Of a stretch of DNA of 64,000 nucleotides, positions 1 to 13,519 are shown piece after piece (the first letter of the stretch is position 1; each line of letters begins with the position of its first letter). The notes below the pieces were generated by a model. It saw only the letters and a program-made list of their open reading frames with translations, was not told where the DNA came from and searched no databases. The position numbers and the translations under genes are program-made. The DNA lies in assembly GCA_050613775.1 (NCBI GenBank), contig JBODTK010000100.1, forward strand, positions 248,001-312,000. Direction: 5' to 3'. Source of the stretch: Neocallimastix sp. 'constans' (taxonomy: Eukaryota).

Positions 1-3000
1 CCATGGAAGGATGGAACCCATAATTTATAAAGAAAGGTGTTTCCTTAGTAGATTCATTAATAGAATTATTATATGCAAATTCTGCAAGGTAGATCCAATC
101 TATCCAGTCATCATGATAATAAGCTCTTGAATAAGCCCTAAGATATTGTTCAATAAAAGAGTTACATCTTTCAACTTGTCCGACGGTTTCATGATGATCT
201 GTGGTAGCTGTATTATTTTTAATTTTTAATAAGTGCATAAATTCATTCCAAAGAGCACTTGTAAATTGTGATCCTCTGTCTGTATAAATATCTTGAGGTA
301 AACCATGTAGTTGTAGTTTAAAGATATTATTCATAAAAGCCTTAGCAGTTTGTTTTGCATCAGGTATTTGTTTAAAGGGAATTAAGTGGATCATTTTAGA
401 AAAACGATCAACAACTACCATTATTACTGTATATCCTTTAGAATTAGGAAGACCGCATAGAAAGTCGATTTAAATAGATTTCCAAGGTCTTTCGGGAGTA
501 TCCAAAGGTTGTAGAAGACCATATTTTCTGTGTCTATTTATTTTGTTTCTTGCACAGGATTGACAAGAGTTTACATATTTGGTTACATCTTCTTTTATTT
601 TAGGCCACCAATAGTTTCTTGTTATTAACTCTAAAGTTCTTCTAATTCCAAAATGACCGGCTGCGGGCTTTTCATGATATTTTGTTAATATTTCCAATCG
701 GAGAACTTCAGGAATATAGACTAGATTATTATAAAATATTAAATTGTCCTTTAATTTAAACTTTTCCATTTTTCTAAAGGGCTTATAAGACATATCATTT
801 TTTACATTTTGAGGACTAAAGTAAAGTCGAATATCCTTAGATGTAGCGTCAGACTTGGTAGCATCAATAATTCTTTCTAAAAGGTCACTTACAATACTAA
901 CAAAACACGGAATTTCTTTAACATTTTTAATTTCTAAAATATTTTCAGGTTTTTCTTCAGTGTTGTTTTTAATATAGTCAGGTCTTCTAGATAGACTGTC
1001 AGGTTTTCCGTTTTTGTTTCCCTGTCTATACTTTATTATGAAATTATATTCTTGGAAGAAAAGGTACCATCTGTGTTGTCTTTGATTTGCAACTTTTCCT
1101 CCTAATGTGTATATTAAGTTCCTATGATCCGTATAGACAGTAATTTGGTATTTAGCACCAAGGAGTAGATGTCTCCAAACAATAAAAGCATCCCTTATAG
1201 CGAGTAGTTCTTTGTCAGTAATTGTATAATTTATTTCGGCGTTTAGTAAACTTCTAGAATAATATGCTACTGGATGTAAATTATTATCTTTATCCCTTTG
1301 AGATAGAACAGCACCAATAGCATAATTACTTGCATCACATTCTACTATAAAAGGTTTTGTAATATCAGGATGAAGTAGAATTGGAGAAGTAATTAATCTT
1401 TTCTTTAATTCCTTAAAAGCATTTTCACATTCATTCGTCCATAAAAATTTAATATTTTTCCTTGTTAAATTATGTAAAGGTTTTGCAATTTTTGCAAAAT
1501 CTTTAACAAATCTTCTATAGTAATTACATAGGCCAATAAATCTTTGAACATCTTTTAAATTTTCTGGTCTTGGCCACTCTTCTATTGATTTAATTTTCTT
1601 TGGGTCAGTAGATACACCATCACCAGAAAAATGTAACCTAAAAATTCAACTTTATTCTGGTCAAATTCACATTTTTCTAATTTTACATATAAATTATTAT
1701 TAATTAAAGTTTGAAGGACGTTTCTGACTTGATTATGATGCTCCTCCAAATCTTTGGAATATATTAAAATATCATCTAAATATATAAGATCACACACTTT
1801 TCCAAGTATGGTCTAAGAATAGAGTTAATAAATGATTGAAAAGTGGCAGGAGCATTTTTTAATCCAAACGGCATAACTAAATATTCATAATGGCCATATT
1901 TAGTTCTAAACGCGGTTTTATATTCGTCACCCTCTTTTATTCTTATTAAATTATAAGCTGAACGTAAATCCAATTTCGTAAAATATTTTGCTCCCTTTTC
2001 TTTTTCTATTATATCTGTTATTAGAGGGAGAGGATATGAATTTCTTATAGTTACTGCATTTAATTTTTTATAGTCCACACATAACCGAAGGGAACCATCT
2101 TTTTTCTTTTGGAAAAGGACAGGATATCCAGCAGGTGATTCTGATGGTCTAATAAATCCTTTTTCTAAATTTTCTTTTATATAATCCTTAAGAACTTCCG
2201 ATTCTTCTTCAGTTAATAGATAAATCGGGCCGTAATGAAGTGAAGCGTCTTTTTCTAAAACAATCTTACAGTCGGTTAAACGGTGAGGAGGTTATTTATC
2301 TGCCTCTTTTTTGCTAAATACGATTGCTAAATCATGATATTGATGAGGAATTTCTTCTATTTTTGGATCCTCATTTTCAATTTCAACTTTATCTTTCGTT
2401 GAAAGGAAACAATATATTAAAAAATTATAACTATATTCTTTTTTATTGTTATTCAAATATGGATGATTTTTGTTAAATTTTTTTGAAGAAAATTTACTTT
2501 TAGATTTATTTAAATATTTTACATATACATAAATTTTAGAATTTTTATTAATAGAATTTTTATATTTACTAATCTTTGAATTTTTATATTTATTAAACTT
2601 TGGATTTTTTGAAAATTTTGAAAAATTTTTTAAATTAAATTTTTTGGAGATTTTTTTTGAAAAATTTTTTGATCGATTTTTTGAAAAATTTTTATAATAA
2701 AATTTATTAACTTTATGTTAATATTTTAGAATTTAATAGTTAGTTAATAATCTTACAAAGAATTCAAAATATGGAATTTCAAATCCTTTTTATACTAAAC
2801 TAAAATAATAATTAACAATATAATTAATTAATACATTTTAATCTTAATATATTCATACATGTATATAAACTATATAAAATATAATAATAAAATAATATTG
2901 ATAAGAATCTTTTAATAAAATAACTATATAAATTATTCATAAAACAATTTAATAATAAAACTAATTTAATAATAAAATATAAAATAAAATAAAATAAAAT

Positions 3001-3609
3001 ATTAAAACTAATTAAAAATTCTCTTTCGGAAATCTTTAGAATGATAAAGAATTCCTTAGAATCTTTTAGAAAATAATTGAATAAAAATATATAATAATAA
3101 AATATATAAAACTTATAAAACTTATTTAAAATGTTATAAAACTATTACTAATAACTAATTCTGTATTTTTAATTAATAATACAAATTAATAATATAATTT
3201 CCAAGTTAAGAGATTTATCTAATATAAATTTCTTAATTAATAATTTAGGGTCTTAATTAAATAATTAAATTATATTTTTATATTTAAATATCTTTAAAGT
3301 TCAATATCTCTTTATCTAGTTGTCCAATAAGGTTGATTTTAACATATGTTGTAGTTCTCGTTCGTAGCTTTCCAATGGATATAATTTTAACGGGAAATAT
3401 GTTATTTTTAACAAATTCTTAAGGGTTAAATTAAATTGAATTATCTTTAATAAATAAGTCCAAACCCTTTGGTTTCTAATTATATAATGTTTCTAATATT
3501 TATTTTTATAATTAAAATCGAATTAAAATAATTTTTTGTCAATAACTAAATTAAATTTCAATTGATCTAATAGTGAATTTTAACTTCAAATCCACTAGTA
3601 TTCGTGACA
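1..3609 (-). mobile_element. Degenerate Ty3/Gypsy LTR retrotransposon (RT, RNase H, integrase), running off the left edge of the window
   Basis: Minus-strand fragments in Gypsy order. [55 protein letters not shown]. RNase H: VECDASNYAIGAVL, YTDHRNL. Integrase: GHFG..NYWWP..CQSC, VVVDRFSKM, TDRGSQF. Frameshifts near 1790, 1630 and 470. Candidate 5' LTR start TGTCACGAA at 3609 is uncertain; no gag or protease recognised. Confidence 0.92.
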
Positions 3610-4334
3610 AGAATAGTTAAGATAATAACTGAATTTCAATTCAATTTCAATTTCGATAATTCAGTTATTTGAATTTCAATATTAATAAAAAATAATAATA
3701 TAATAATTATTATTAAATTAACTTTATTAAAATATTTAGGAATTAGTCTAGGCCAACTAATTACTAAATATTATTAACATATTGAAATTAATATATATTA
3801 AATAATATAAACACGTGATTGTCATTAAATTAATTTCTACATATTATATTTTAATTATAAAATATAATATTTAGCTATATTAGATTCTTATATTTTATTT
3901 ATATTAAATATTTATATTATTATCTTATTTTATATTATCAATATCAAACTTTTATTAATGCTATTACATATTCATATTAATAATTAATATTTTAAAAATT
4001 AATTATTTTATATAAATACATGTTTAAATCTTTTGATTAATCCTTGGTAGGATTATTGTAATTTAAATTATAGTAATAATTATATAAAATAATAATGTAA
4101 TAAAATATTATTAAGATTAAATAAAATTTATATTTTAAATAAAAACTTAATTATAAAATTTACTAATAACAATATGTTTTAAATAAGAGTAAATTCAAAT
4201 TATTAATTAATTACTATAATTTGGCATCTTGACCTAATCGTTAAGACCAAATTATCTTAAAACTTTAACAAGAATTAATAATAATACATTTAAATAATAT
4301 TTTTAATTTATTATTAAAATTTTAATTTTGTGAA

Positions 4335-4406
4335 TCCGCATTGGTCCAGTGGCTAGGATTCCACGCTCTCACCGTGGCGGCAGGGGTTCGATTCCCCTAT
4401 GCGGAG
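4335..4406 (+). tRNA. tRNA-Glu (anticodon CTC)
   Basis: Folds as a cloverleaf: acceptor TCCGCAT/ATGCGGA, D arm GTCC..GGAT, anticodon arm CCACG-CTCTCAC-CGTGG, T arm AGGGG-TTCGATT-CCCCT. Followed by an oligo-T Pol III terminator. Confidence 0.97.
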
Positions 4407-4559
4407 TCTTTTTTTCTAATAAAGAAATATAGTTTTTTTACATACTGGGTAATTTTATATCATAAATTCTTTAAATTTAAGATATAAAAATTACCCTTAA
4501 TCTTAATCCTTGTATATCTCAATCTTCTGGAAACTTAAATTCTATAGAAAATTATTTTG

Positions 4560-6060
4560 TCTTGAAAGACTATAAAACGTGGTTGGGGTGACCTCAAGAA
4601 ATTGGTTAAAATCTTCATATTTTTCTTCTTTTTTATTTTTTATTTTTTATTTTTTTTTTTTTTTTTACTGCTATCAAATACAAGGAAAGGCTGAATTGCA
4701 TCATTTAAAGATTAATTAGTTCTTTAAGCTGACTATTATTGAGATTAAGCCTCAGGTATTTCTGGTCATAATTTAAATAGTAATTACTGAGATGTTTTTT
4801 TTTTTTTTTTTTTTGAAATAATAAGAGATACACTCCGACATGAAATACTAATGATCCTCTAACTATCTTCGAAATTAGAAATACTGTTTTATCGATAAAG
4901 AATAATAAGACTCCAGGCGTTGAAGTTATTCCCATTAAATTTTACTAAAGCAATATTTTACATTATAAAAATAGAGGAAAAGTATCCCAGTATTTCAGAA
5001 TGTTTTGAAATTTTATTCAATAAAATTCGGGATGGTCCCTTTCTTAAGAAATGGAATACCACTTCTATTGTATCTATTCCAAGAAAAGGTGAATTTTTTA
5101 ATTGTAATAACTATCTCAGAATTTTATTAATTAACGTTAAGTTTAAAAATTATTTCAAAAATAATAACTAATAGAATTTCAAAATATGTATTTTGGAAGA
5201 AATCTATTAGACCTGAATAATTTGGTTTTCGTAGTCATGCAGTATGTTTTAGTCTTTATATTTTAATTAGAGAAATCTCTCTAAGAAGGAAATTTAATAA
5301 TGAATTTACATATATGGCCTTCTTGTATTTTAAAAAAGCTCATGGTTCAGTACCTATTTTCAACATTTTACCTAAATTATTTCATATCAATATTCGTAGT
5401 TAAGGTTTTAATTTCCTCTTTAATCTGTATTATCTTCTAAAGAAAGTGCTCGTTTTCTTGATATGCACAGATAAATTTGACATTCATCGTTGAGTTTAAG
5501 AGTGGCCTTTTCATTTATTTTATTTAATTTACTTAATAACGATGTTTTAGATAAATGTGATGAATTTGGTATTAATATTGGAAAAAACAAAAAATGCCGT
5601 AGAGGTTTATTTGTAGATAATTTTGTTTTAATTGCTCCTAGTGCCTTTAAATGGTTTTAAAAAAACAAAATATCACTTTGAATAAATAAATATACAACTA
5701 TGGTAATTAAACCTCTTAACTTTACTCAATCTCATTATTTTGAAGGTTATGCTTTCTTTCTTAGTATGTACTCTATTCCTAAGACTTCATGTTATACTAA
5801 TCTTAAAATTTCATTCAACAATGATCTATCAATTCAACCAGTTATATCTAATTTTCAATCTAAAATTAGTCTGTCTTTATTTCATTTTTCGATTTTCTTA
5901 TTAACAACAAAATACTTTTATCTTTTTTTTTTTTTTTTTTTAAAGAAAATAAACATGTTTTACAATCTTATATCATTAATAAAGCCCTCTGTTATGTGCC
6001 TTTGCTTGGTTATAATAAACTTCGTACTTGAAGTATTCAATCTTTGATTTGTACTAGTAT
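4560..6060 (+). mobile_element. Degenerate non-LTR (LINE) retrotransposon, reverse transcriptase remnant
   Basis: Broken plus-strand frames give EIRNTV..KNNKTPG.E.IP, WNTTSIVSIPRKG...NNY.RI.LIN, IRPE*FGFR, AFLYFKKAHGSVP, LFNLLNND and GLFVDNFVL. These are decayed forms of the KAPGPDG, PKKG, QxGFR, LDxxKAxD and LFADD motifs. Many stops and frameshifts. Confidence 0.85.
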
Positions 6061-6099
6061 GCTATAGTTTCTTAATTCATCTCATCATATCAAATTTCC

Positions 6100-6350
6100 A
6101 TTGGCCGCATACTGAACCCAACCCCCCCGATGCTACACTATATATTAATCATAGGCATAAATGATATTATGTTCTCACACAATTATTACACCCACTGGAG
6201 GGGTGAATGATTCCCATTCCGATGCTAGTGGTTAATGGTGATATATGTAGGAATGTATGAGGAATACAGCCTCAGGCAGATGTATAACGACGTGTGGAGG
6301 AGCGACGCTGTACTAGTATTATTCCAGTAAATATCTCACTTAACAGTTAT
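6100..6350 (+). repeat. GC-richer dispersed repeat directly behind the LINE remnant (probable LINE 3' tail), homologous to 22261-22630
   Basis: Co-linear by eye with 22300-22620, e.g. GTTAATGGTGATATAT..GGAATACAGC vs GTCAATGGAGATATAT..GGAATTCAGC, and GCGACGCTGTACTAG vs GTGACATTGTACTGG. Confidence 0.65.
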
Positions 6351-7246
6351 ATTTGTTATGGTTATAATGGGAGATGGATACTCATTATGTATGTCTAAAT
6401 TACTTTTTTTTTTCTCATCACATTCTTTATAAGCTAAATATTTCTTTAAATGAAAAAAAAAATAACAGTGTTTATAAAAGGTCTTATATATTTCTGTTAT
6501 ATGTAAATATTATTGTATTAAAGAATCTCGTTTTTTTATTCAAAATATTAGGAAGAGAAATATAAAATAAAAAGCTTTTATTTTTCTTTTAATAATATTT
6601 CATTAAATGATATTATTATAGTGTATTGGTTTGATATTGATACAAGAAAAGCAAGGTGTTTAAAGAAATTAATTAAAATTTCTTTAAATATTAAAAAAAA
6701 ATATTAAAAATATGATTATAATATGATAATATGTAGCTTTAAAATAGTACTATTTTGAATCCATCATTTATCAATATTATATGTTGTATTTTTTTAACAT
6801 TCTTTTTCAATTATTTTAACTTGTAGAATATACATATGAAATAACTTATTGTTATCACATAAAACGCATTCTATAAAATGGAAATATACTATTTTTACAA
6901 TGTATTAAATAGATATATGTTAGTATTAAAAATTGGTCAAAAATATTACTTTATAAATAGTGTTAAAAATAGCATTAAAATAGGTTCAAAATACTTGCTA
7001 TAATTATATACTAATATATATTTATATTATATGTAACATATATTATTTTGATAAATATATATTGTAAAATGAATTAACAGTAATAATAAAAAAATTTTTC
7101 TATTTTAAAATTTTATTTGTTTTAATTTTTAATTATATATTCATGGCAAAAAAAAATGAAACAAAAAAAAAAATATGAAACAAAGTAAAAACTTTATTTA
7201 GTATAATTTTTTAATTTAATTTTTATTTTATATTTTATGGATATTT

Positions 7247-7290
<44 letters not shown>

Positions 7291-8016
7291 CTTTATTATA
7301 CATAATTATTTTATTTATTTTTTTTATTTTTTTTATATTTAATAATAATAATAATATCATTTACATTATATATATATATATATATACTTTTTTTTCTAAT
7401 TTGATTATGATAAAATATAAACATATTAAATCTATTATTATGTGTTTTAATATTGTATCATTACGTATTATAAAATATATGACTTTTTATTTATTTACAT
7501 AAATACTATCATAACAAATGAAATAATATTAATATATTTTCATTTGAAATTTTTTTTTCTTACTAGTATTATTAAAATAACATAATAGAATATAACTGCA
7601 TATATTTTGCATATGTATACAGGAGTATCACTATTATTATTTAGTATTCATTTCTTTTTCAACGTATAATAAAATAATTTTTTTCTTTACATATACTAAT
7701 ACAGTAATATATATTAATAGTTTATTTCTTTTAATCTAAATTGTTTGTATTAATTGTTGTATATGAAATTTATTTTAATTTTTATTTTATTTTATTTTAT
7801 TTTTTTAGTAGTTTTTGTTATATTGAAATATATATATATATAATTTATTCGTTAATTCAAAGTTATTTTTCCTTTTTTTTTTTTAAATCATATGAATATT
7901 GTATTATTTTAATTTTTTGTCAAATAATACATATATATAATTTTAATTTTAATTTTTATAGACACTATACTATTAATATTAAGAATATTTTAATAGTATA
8001 TATTATTTATTATTAA

Positions 8017-8052
<36 letters not shown>

Positions 8053-8116
8053 CAATTAATTAGTATTTAAGACTAAAGTATTATTACTTTTACTATTATT
8101 ATTATTTATATTTTTT

Positions 8117-9916
8117 TTAACATTTAGATTTATCAATTAAACACCAGTCATTGTTTTCAATACCCCATTTTCCATCATTATCAGTAGAGTAAACATCACA
8201 AGTTGACTTACAACATGGATATCCTTGGGCACCGACACAACTATTAGAATTTTGGGTAGCACAGTCTTTAGAAATACCACACCATTTATTGTTTTCAATA
8301 CCCCATTCACCATCATTATCTTTGTATTCGACATTACAAGATTTACAACATTGGTAACCTAAACCAACAGACCAGCAAGCAGAACCAGTTGGAGTATCAT
8401 CATTACTAGAACCACCAGCAGATTCAAAAGTCCAAGTTTGATTACTTCTTTCACCATTTTCCCATTGACAAATGTTACTACCATCGTATTTACCTTCATT
8501 TTCAACATCAAGAACCTTGTAACCACTTGAAACCTTAGTACTGACAACATATACATTAGCTTGAGAAGTTTCTCTAATGACGAATTTTTGAGCATCTCCA
8601 CCATAAGCATTGTAAATTTGAATATTGGCACCATTATCACTACTGCCACCATTAACATCTAACATGAAATCTCCAACTTCACTAAGTAAAGTAACGGTAT
8701 TGTCACTGTTGTTGGTAAGCTTCCATTTTTGTTTAGAAGAACCAATTACAACATTTTGAGTAGAAGCAGCTTTACCATCCTTAACATTGAGGTATTTACC
8801 AGATCCAGTATTTTTAATGTAATACCATCCATCATTAAGTTTAACTGCTTTGTTTTCTGGCTCAATATCATAGCTTGGATTTTCACTGTAAGGATTACCA
8901 TTAAGACTAGCGGCTGGAGTGGACTTTAAAGTGTTTAATATAGCAGTGTATTGACCCTTTGGTTGGTAGTTAGCATCGAAAAGTAATGGTTTACTTTCAA
9001 CACCTCTCCAACTATCCTTATCACCAATACCCCAAACAAGGAAACCAGTACAACAAGAATTATTAAGACAAGCCTTTAGGGCATTAGTGTAAACTTGTCC
9101 TTGCTTGCTCTCACCACCGTCTGCGTCACGACAGTTGTCATCGCAACTGACATCTAATTCAGTGATGTGAACTTCAACACCTAATTTACAGTAACGACTA
9201 ATTAAATTGTTAATTTTTTCGAATTTTGGTTGAACATTAATACCAACATGATATTGAATACCAACACCATCAATTGGAATATTACGTTTTTTCATATCAG
9301 CAATAAATTGGTAGCAAGATTCACTCTTACCCCATATACCTTCAGTGTTATAATCGTTATAGAAAAGTTTAGTGTTTGGAGAAACCTTACGAGCAGTTTG
9401 GAAAGCAATATCAATAAAGTCAGGAACCTTTTGATAAAGGAAAGAATTACGAAGTTTCCAACCATTACCATTAGAACTATCATCAAGAGCTTCATTAACG
9501 ACATCCCAAGTATCAATTTTACCTTCATAATGCTTTAATACAGTGGTAATATGATTAATAATAGATTGTTTCATAGTATTTCCATCTTCACGTTCAAGCC
9601 AACCTGGAGCCATAGCATGCCATATTAAAGCATGACCTCTGAAAGCCATACCTAATTCCTTAGCTTTCTTTAAGTGATTATCACAATCGTCAAAGTTAAA
9701 TTTACCTTTAGTGTATTGAATACTTACAAATTTACAAGCATTTTCAGCAACCATATAATTGAAAGCCTTCATAGCATTAATATAATTTGGATTATTATAG
9801 TGAATAGTGTTTGTAGCAGCACCAATTCTGAAACCCTTGGCGGCATCTCTTAAGAGTTCATAACCATTAGCAGATGCGGCTAAAGTAGCGATAGCAAAAG
9901 CAGAAGAGAATTTCAT
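8117..9916 (-). CDS. Secreted cellulosomal GH10 endo-1,4-beta-xylanase: signal peptide, GH10, CBM13 (ricin-B lectin), two fungal dockerins (CBM10-like); intronless, 599 aa
   Basis: Signal peptide [20 protein letters not shown]10 motifs [20 protein letters not shown] (acid/base), YNDYN, ITELD (nucleophile). QKW/QKF/QTW ricin repeats. Two C(W/V)..GYxCC..WGIENNxWC dockerins. Confidence 0.97.
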   Translation of the reverse strand: MKFSSAFAIATLAASANGYELLRDAAKGFRIGAATNTIHYNNPNYINAMKAFNYMVAENACKFVSIQYTKGKFNFDDCDNHLKKAKELGMAFRGHALIWHAMAPGWLEREDGNTMKQSIINHITTVLKHYEGKIDTWDVVNEALDDSSNGNGWKLRNSFLYQKVPDFIDIAFQTARKVSPNTKLFYNDYNTEGIWGKSESCYQFIADMKKRNIPIDGVGIQYHVGINVQPKFEKINNLISRYCKLGVEVHITELDVSCDDNCRDADGGESKQGQVYTNALKACLNNSCCTGFLVWGIGDKDSWRGVESKPLLFDANYQPKGQYTAILNTLKSTPAASLNGNPYSENPSYDIEPENKAVKLNDGWYYIKNTGSGKYLNVKDGKAASTQNVVIGSSKQKWKLTNNSDNTVTLLSEVGDFMLDVNGGSSDNGANIQIYNAYGGDAQKFVIRETSQANVYVVSTKVSSGYKVLDVENEGKYDGSNICQWENGERSNQTWTFESAGGSSNDDTPTGSACWSVGLGYQCCKSCNVEYKDNDGEWGIENNKWCGISKDCATQNSNSCVGAQGYPCCKSTCDVYSTDNDGKWGIENNDWCLIDKSKC

Positions 9917-10204
9917 TTTTTTTATTTTTTTTAAACTATTTTAATATTATAATCTATTAGAAATATATTTAATTATTACTATTTTATCTATTAAAAGTAA
10001 ATCAATTACTTTTATTGTTTCTTATAACTATTAATAGTCAATATTAATATTCAATTTTTCTTCTTAAATTCAATAGATTTTATAAAAATAAGAAAATATA
10101 ATTTATATTTTTTTATTTTTAAAAATTAATTATCAACTTCTGATTGATATTGAAATTGAAATGAATTTTGTTTTTTTTTTAGGATAAAACTCTCTATTAT
10201 ATAT

Positions 10205-10242
<38 letters not shown>

Positions 10243-10936
10243 AATTAATATTAAATATAAAACTTATATTTATTAATGTTTTTATAAATTATTACAAATT
10301 TTAATTTAAAAATTCAAGTGATCATTTTTTTTTTTTTTTGTTGAAGATAAGTATATTAAATATCTTTTAGTAAATTTTAAAAAATAATAAACTTTTTATA
10401 ATATTATATATATTTACAGTTTTTTAATATTTTTTAATATATATATATATTTTAAAAAGTGTTTTAAACAATACAAATTTAATATATGTTATATAAAGTT
10501 TTTATATAATAAAAAGTTTAATAAATATTATTAATATATCATATATTATTAATTTAAGTTTTAGTCAAAAGATAATTAGTGTAATATTCAATAAAATTTT
10601 TATTAAATATAAAATCTTTATGGTAAGATAAAACTATTATTCAAGAATATTACAAATAATTTAAAACAAAAAACAAAAAACAAAAAAAAAAAAAATTAAA
10701 ATAGAACAAATATTTAGAATTATATATTACTACTATTACTACTACTTCTAATAATAATAAAATTATAAACAATAAGATTATAATAATAAAAGAAAAGGTT
10801 TTATATTATTATTAGAATGTAATATGATCTATATAATAATTAAAATCAATATAAGTAAAAAAAGTTATATAAAATTTATAAATGATATAATTATATAAGC
10901 TATTTTTTTTTTTTTTTATAATCTATAATAAAATTT

Positions 10937-10985
<49 letters not shown>

Positions 10986-13370
10986 CAATAATAAAATTTA
11001 GGAGATTTGATTAGCATAAAGTATGATTAGTAAAATTTTTGATTAACACAATTTAATTAAAAAAAACTTGAAAAAATTAAATTATTCTTAATTAGTAAAT
11101 AAAATCATAACCTATTTTCATTAATGTATTATTTAAAATATAAAAGTATTATGGTAGATCATTTTTTATTATTTTTAGTATTTAATACAATTGAAAGTTT
11201 AAATATTAGAAAAAATTTAATCAAAATTAATATTAAATTAAAAGGAAAATAAAAGAAAATGCAAGGAAAATAAATAATAAAAATTTATTATAATAAAAAA
11301 AAAGATTTAAAATTATTGATATCTTTTTTTTTTTTTTTTTGATTATTATATTTTTTCTTTTTTTTTTTTGAAGTATTTTTGACCATTATAATAATTATTA
11401 ATAATAACATTATCATTATTATTTGTATTATCTTTTTTTTCATACGAATAATTAATATGTTTATTAGTTATTTAAAATATACTTATTTTAAATGAAAAGT
11501 ATTTTGTTTAAAATGACTAAAACTTAACTGTATTATATTATTTTATTGTTAAATAAAAAATTTTATTTTATAATTAATATATAATTAATAAAATTTATTT
11601 AAACTTAAAATATATATAAAGCTAAATATCATTAATTATATATTAATTATAAAATAAAATTTTAAGAATAATTTTTTATATAATTATAAGGTATAATGAT
11701 TAATAAGATAATCTTTTTTTAATTATATTATAAATTATCATTTTAAACTTTATTCTTAATATTCTATAAAAAATAAGATTTGTTCATTGAAATAAAATAA
11801 ATTAAAAAGTTTAAATAAATTAAAAAAAAGAAAAATTAATATAGTTAATACTAAATAAATTAAATATCTTTTCATATTTTTCCGCATCATTAATTATTTT
11901 ACTATTAATTATTTTTTTTTTCAAAAGTAAAATAGAAATAACTTAAAAAAATAAAATATAATAAAATTAAATAAAAAAATAAAAATAAAGGATTATAAAT
12001 AATTATATTTATTAATAAAACAATATTTAGTAACTTTATTTGTTAGGAAATTTCTTATGCTTAATACTAATTATTAAATATTTTAATATAATCTTATTGT
12101 TATATAAAAAAATTTTATTTAATAGTTTTTTGGGAAATAGTTATTGATATTATCATTAATATATATTTTATATTTTTAATAAAATATTTTTATTATTAAT
12201 ATACAATATACAAAAGGTTTTAAATATAATATAATTTCATTGTAAACTGAAAAATAATAAAAAATTTATTTAAATTTATTTTTTACTATCTCACCATAAA
12301 AATATTAAAACTGATTAATATTTATCCTCATACGTAGATATAAATGTTAGTTTTATTATATTCTTTTATTATATTCTATTAATTTAATTTTTGTCTAACT
12401 TTTTTTTCAAAATACAAAAATAAATAAATAAATAAATAAATAAATAAATAGTAATAATAATGACAATAATGATAATAATAAAAAAAGAATAAATAATAAT
12501 AATTTTTGAATAATAATAGTTGATTAAATGAATTTTATTAAGCTTTTTTTTATTATTATTAATTTAATTTTAATTCTGAATCATATATATAAATATATTT
12601 TTTAATTATTTCATTCTTATTAAGTATTTTGTTTACTTTTTTTTGCTATTTTGGTAAATATTTTAAAAATTAAATATATAAAAAATTAAAAATTGTTATT
12701 AAAATCCAATAATAATATATCATATAGTTAAAAATATTTATATTATTATTATTACTATTTTTTAATATTAAATAATATTAATATTTAATTATTAAAATGT
12801 AAATATAAATATAAATATAAGAAAAAAAAACATTTATTATTAATTAATTTAGATATAATTTTAATTATCAAATTTGTCTTTTTTCTTTTTTTAATTTGTA
12901 ATATGGAATTTTTGAAAAAAAAAAAAAGGAAATAAAATAAAAAAAAAAAAAATAAAAAATTAAAATTTAATTCATATTAAAATTTTCTTATTATTAATAT
13001 TAAACAATATTAATATTCATTTATAAGAATTTAATTCAATAAATATTGAGAAAAGCAATTAATTAGGATTCATATAATTAATAATTATCAATATGCAATG
13101 AGCAATTAGTATGAAGTCATTTTATTGATGATATTGTACTATATTTTTTTAAATAATAATTAGAGTTTAAAAACATATGGAAATTTTTTTTTTTCATATA
13201 ATTAATAAAATAATAATATATTAAAATAAATAATAATAGATTAATTATTTAAGGAAAGATTGTCTTATTTATTTTTATACATATAATTTTTATTTATCTT
13301 TAATATATATTTATATTTTTTCAATTAATATTTTATAAAAAAATATAAAAATTCATAAAAGTATTAACCA

Positions 13371-13519
<149 letters not shown>

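Noticed and set aside
6374..8016. Short F/I/Y/K-rich ORFs in AT-rich intergenic DNA (also 18138, 33593, 37284, 49005, 49723, 59037)
   Set aside because: Low-complexity chance ORFs with no motifs.
8137..9538. Small overlapping and antisense ORFs within the xylanase genes (also 18468-19875)
   Set aside because: Shadows of biased codon usage; duplicated only because the host gene is.
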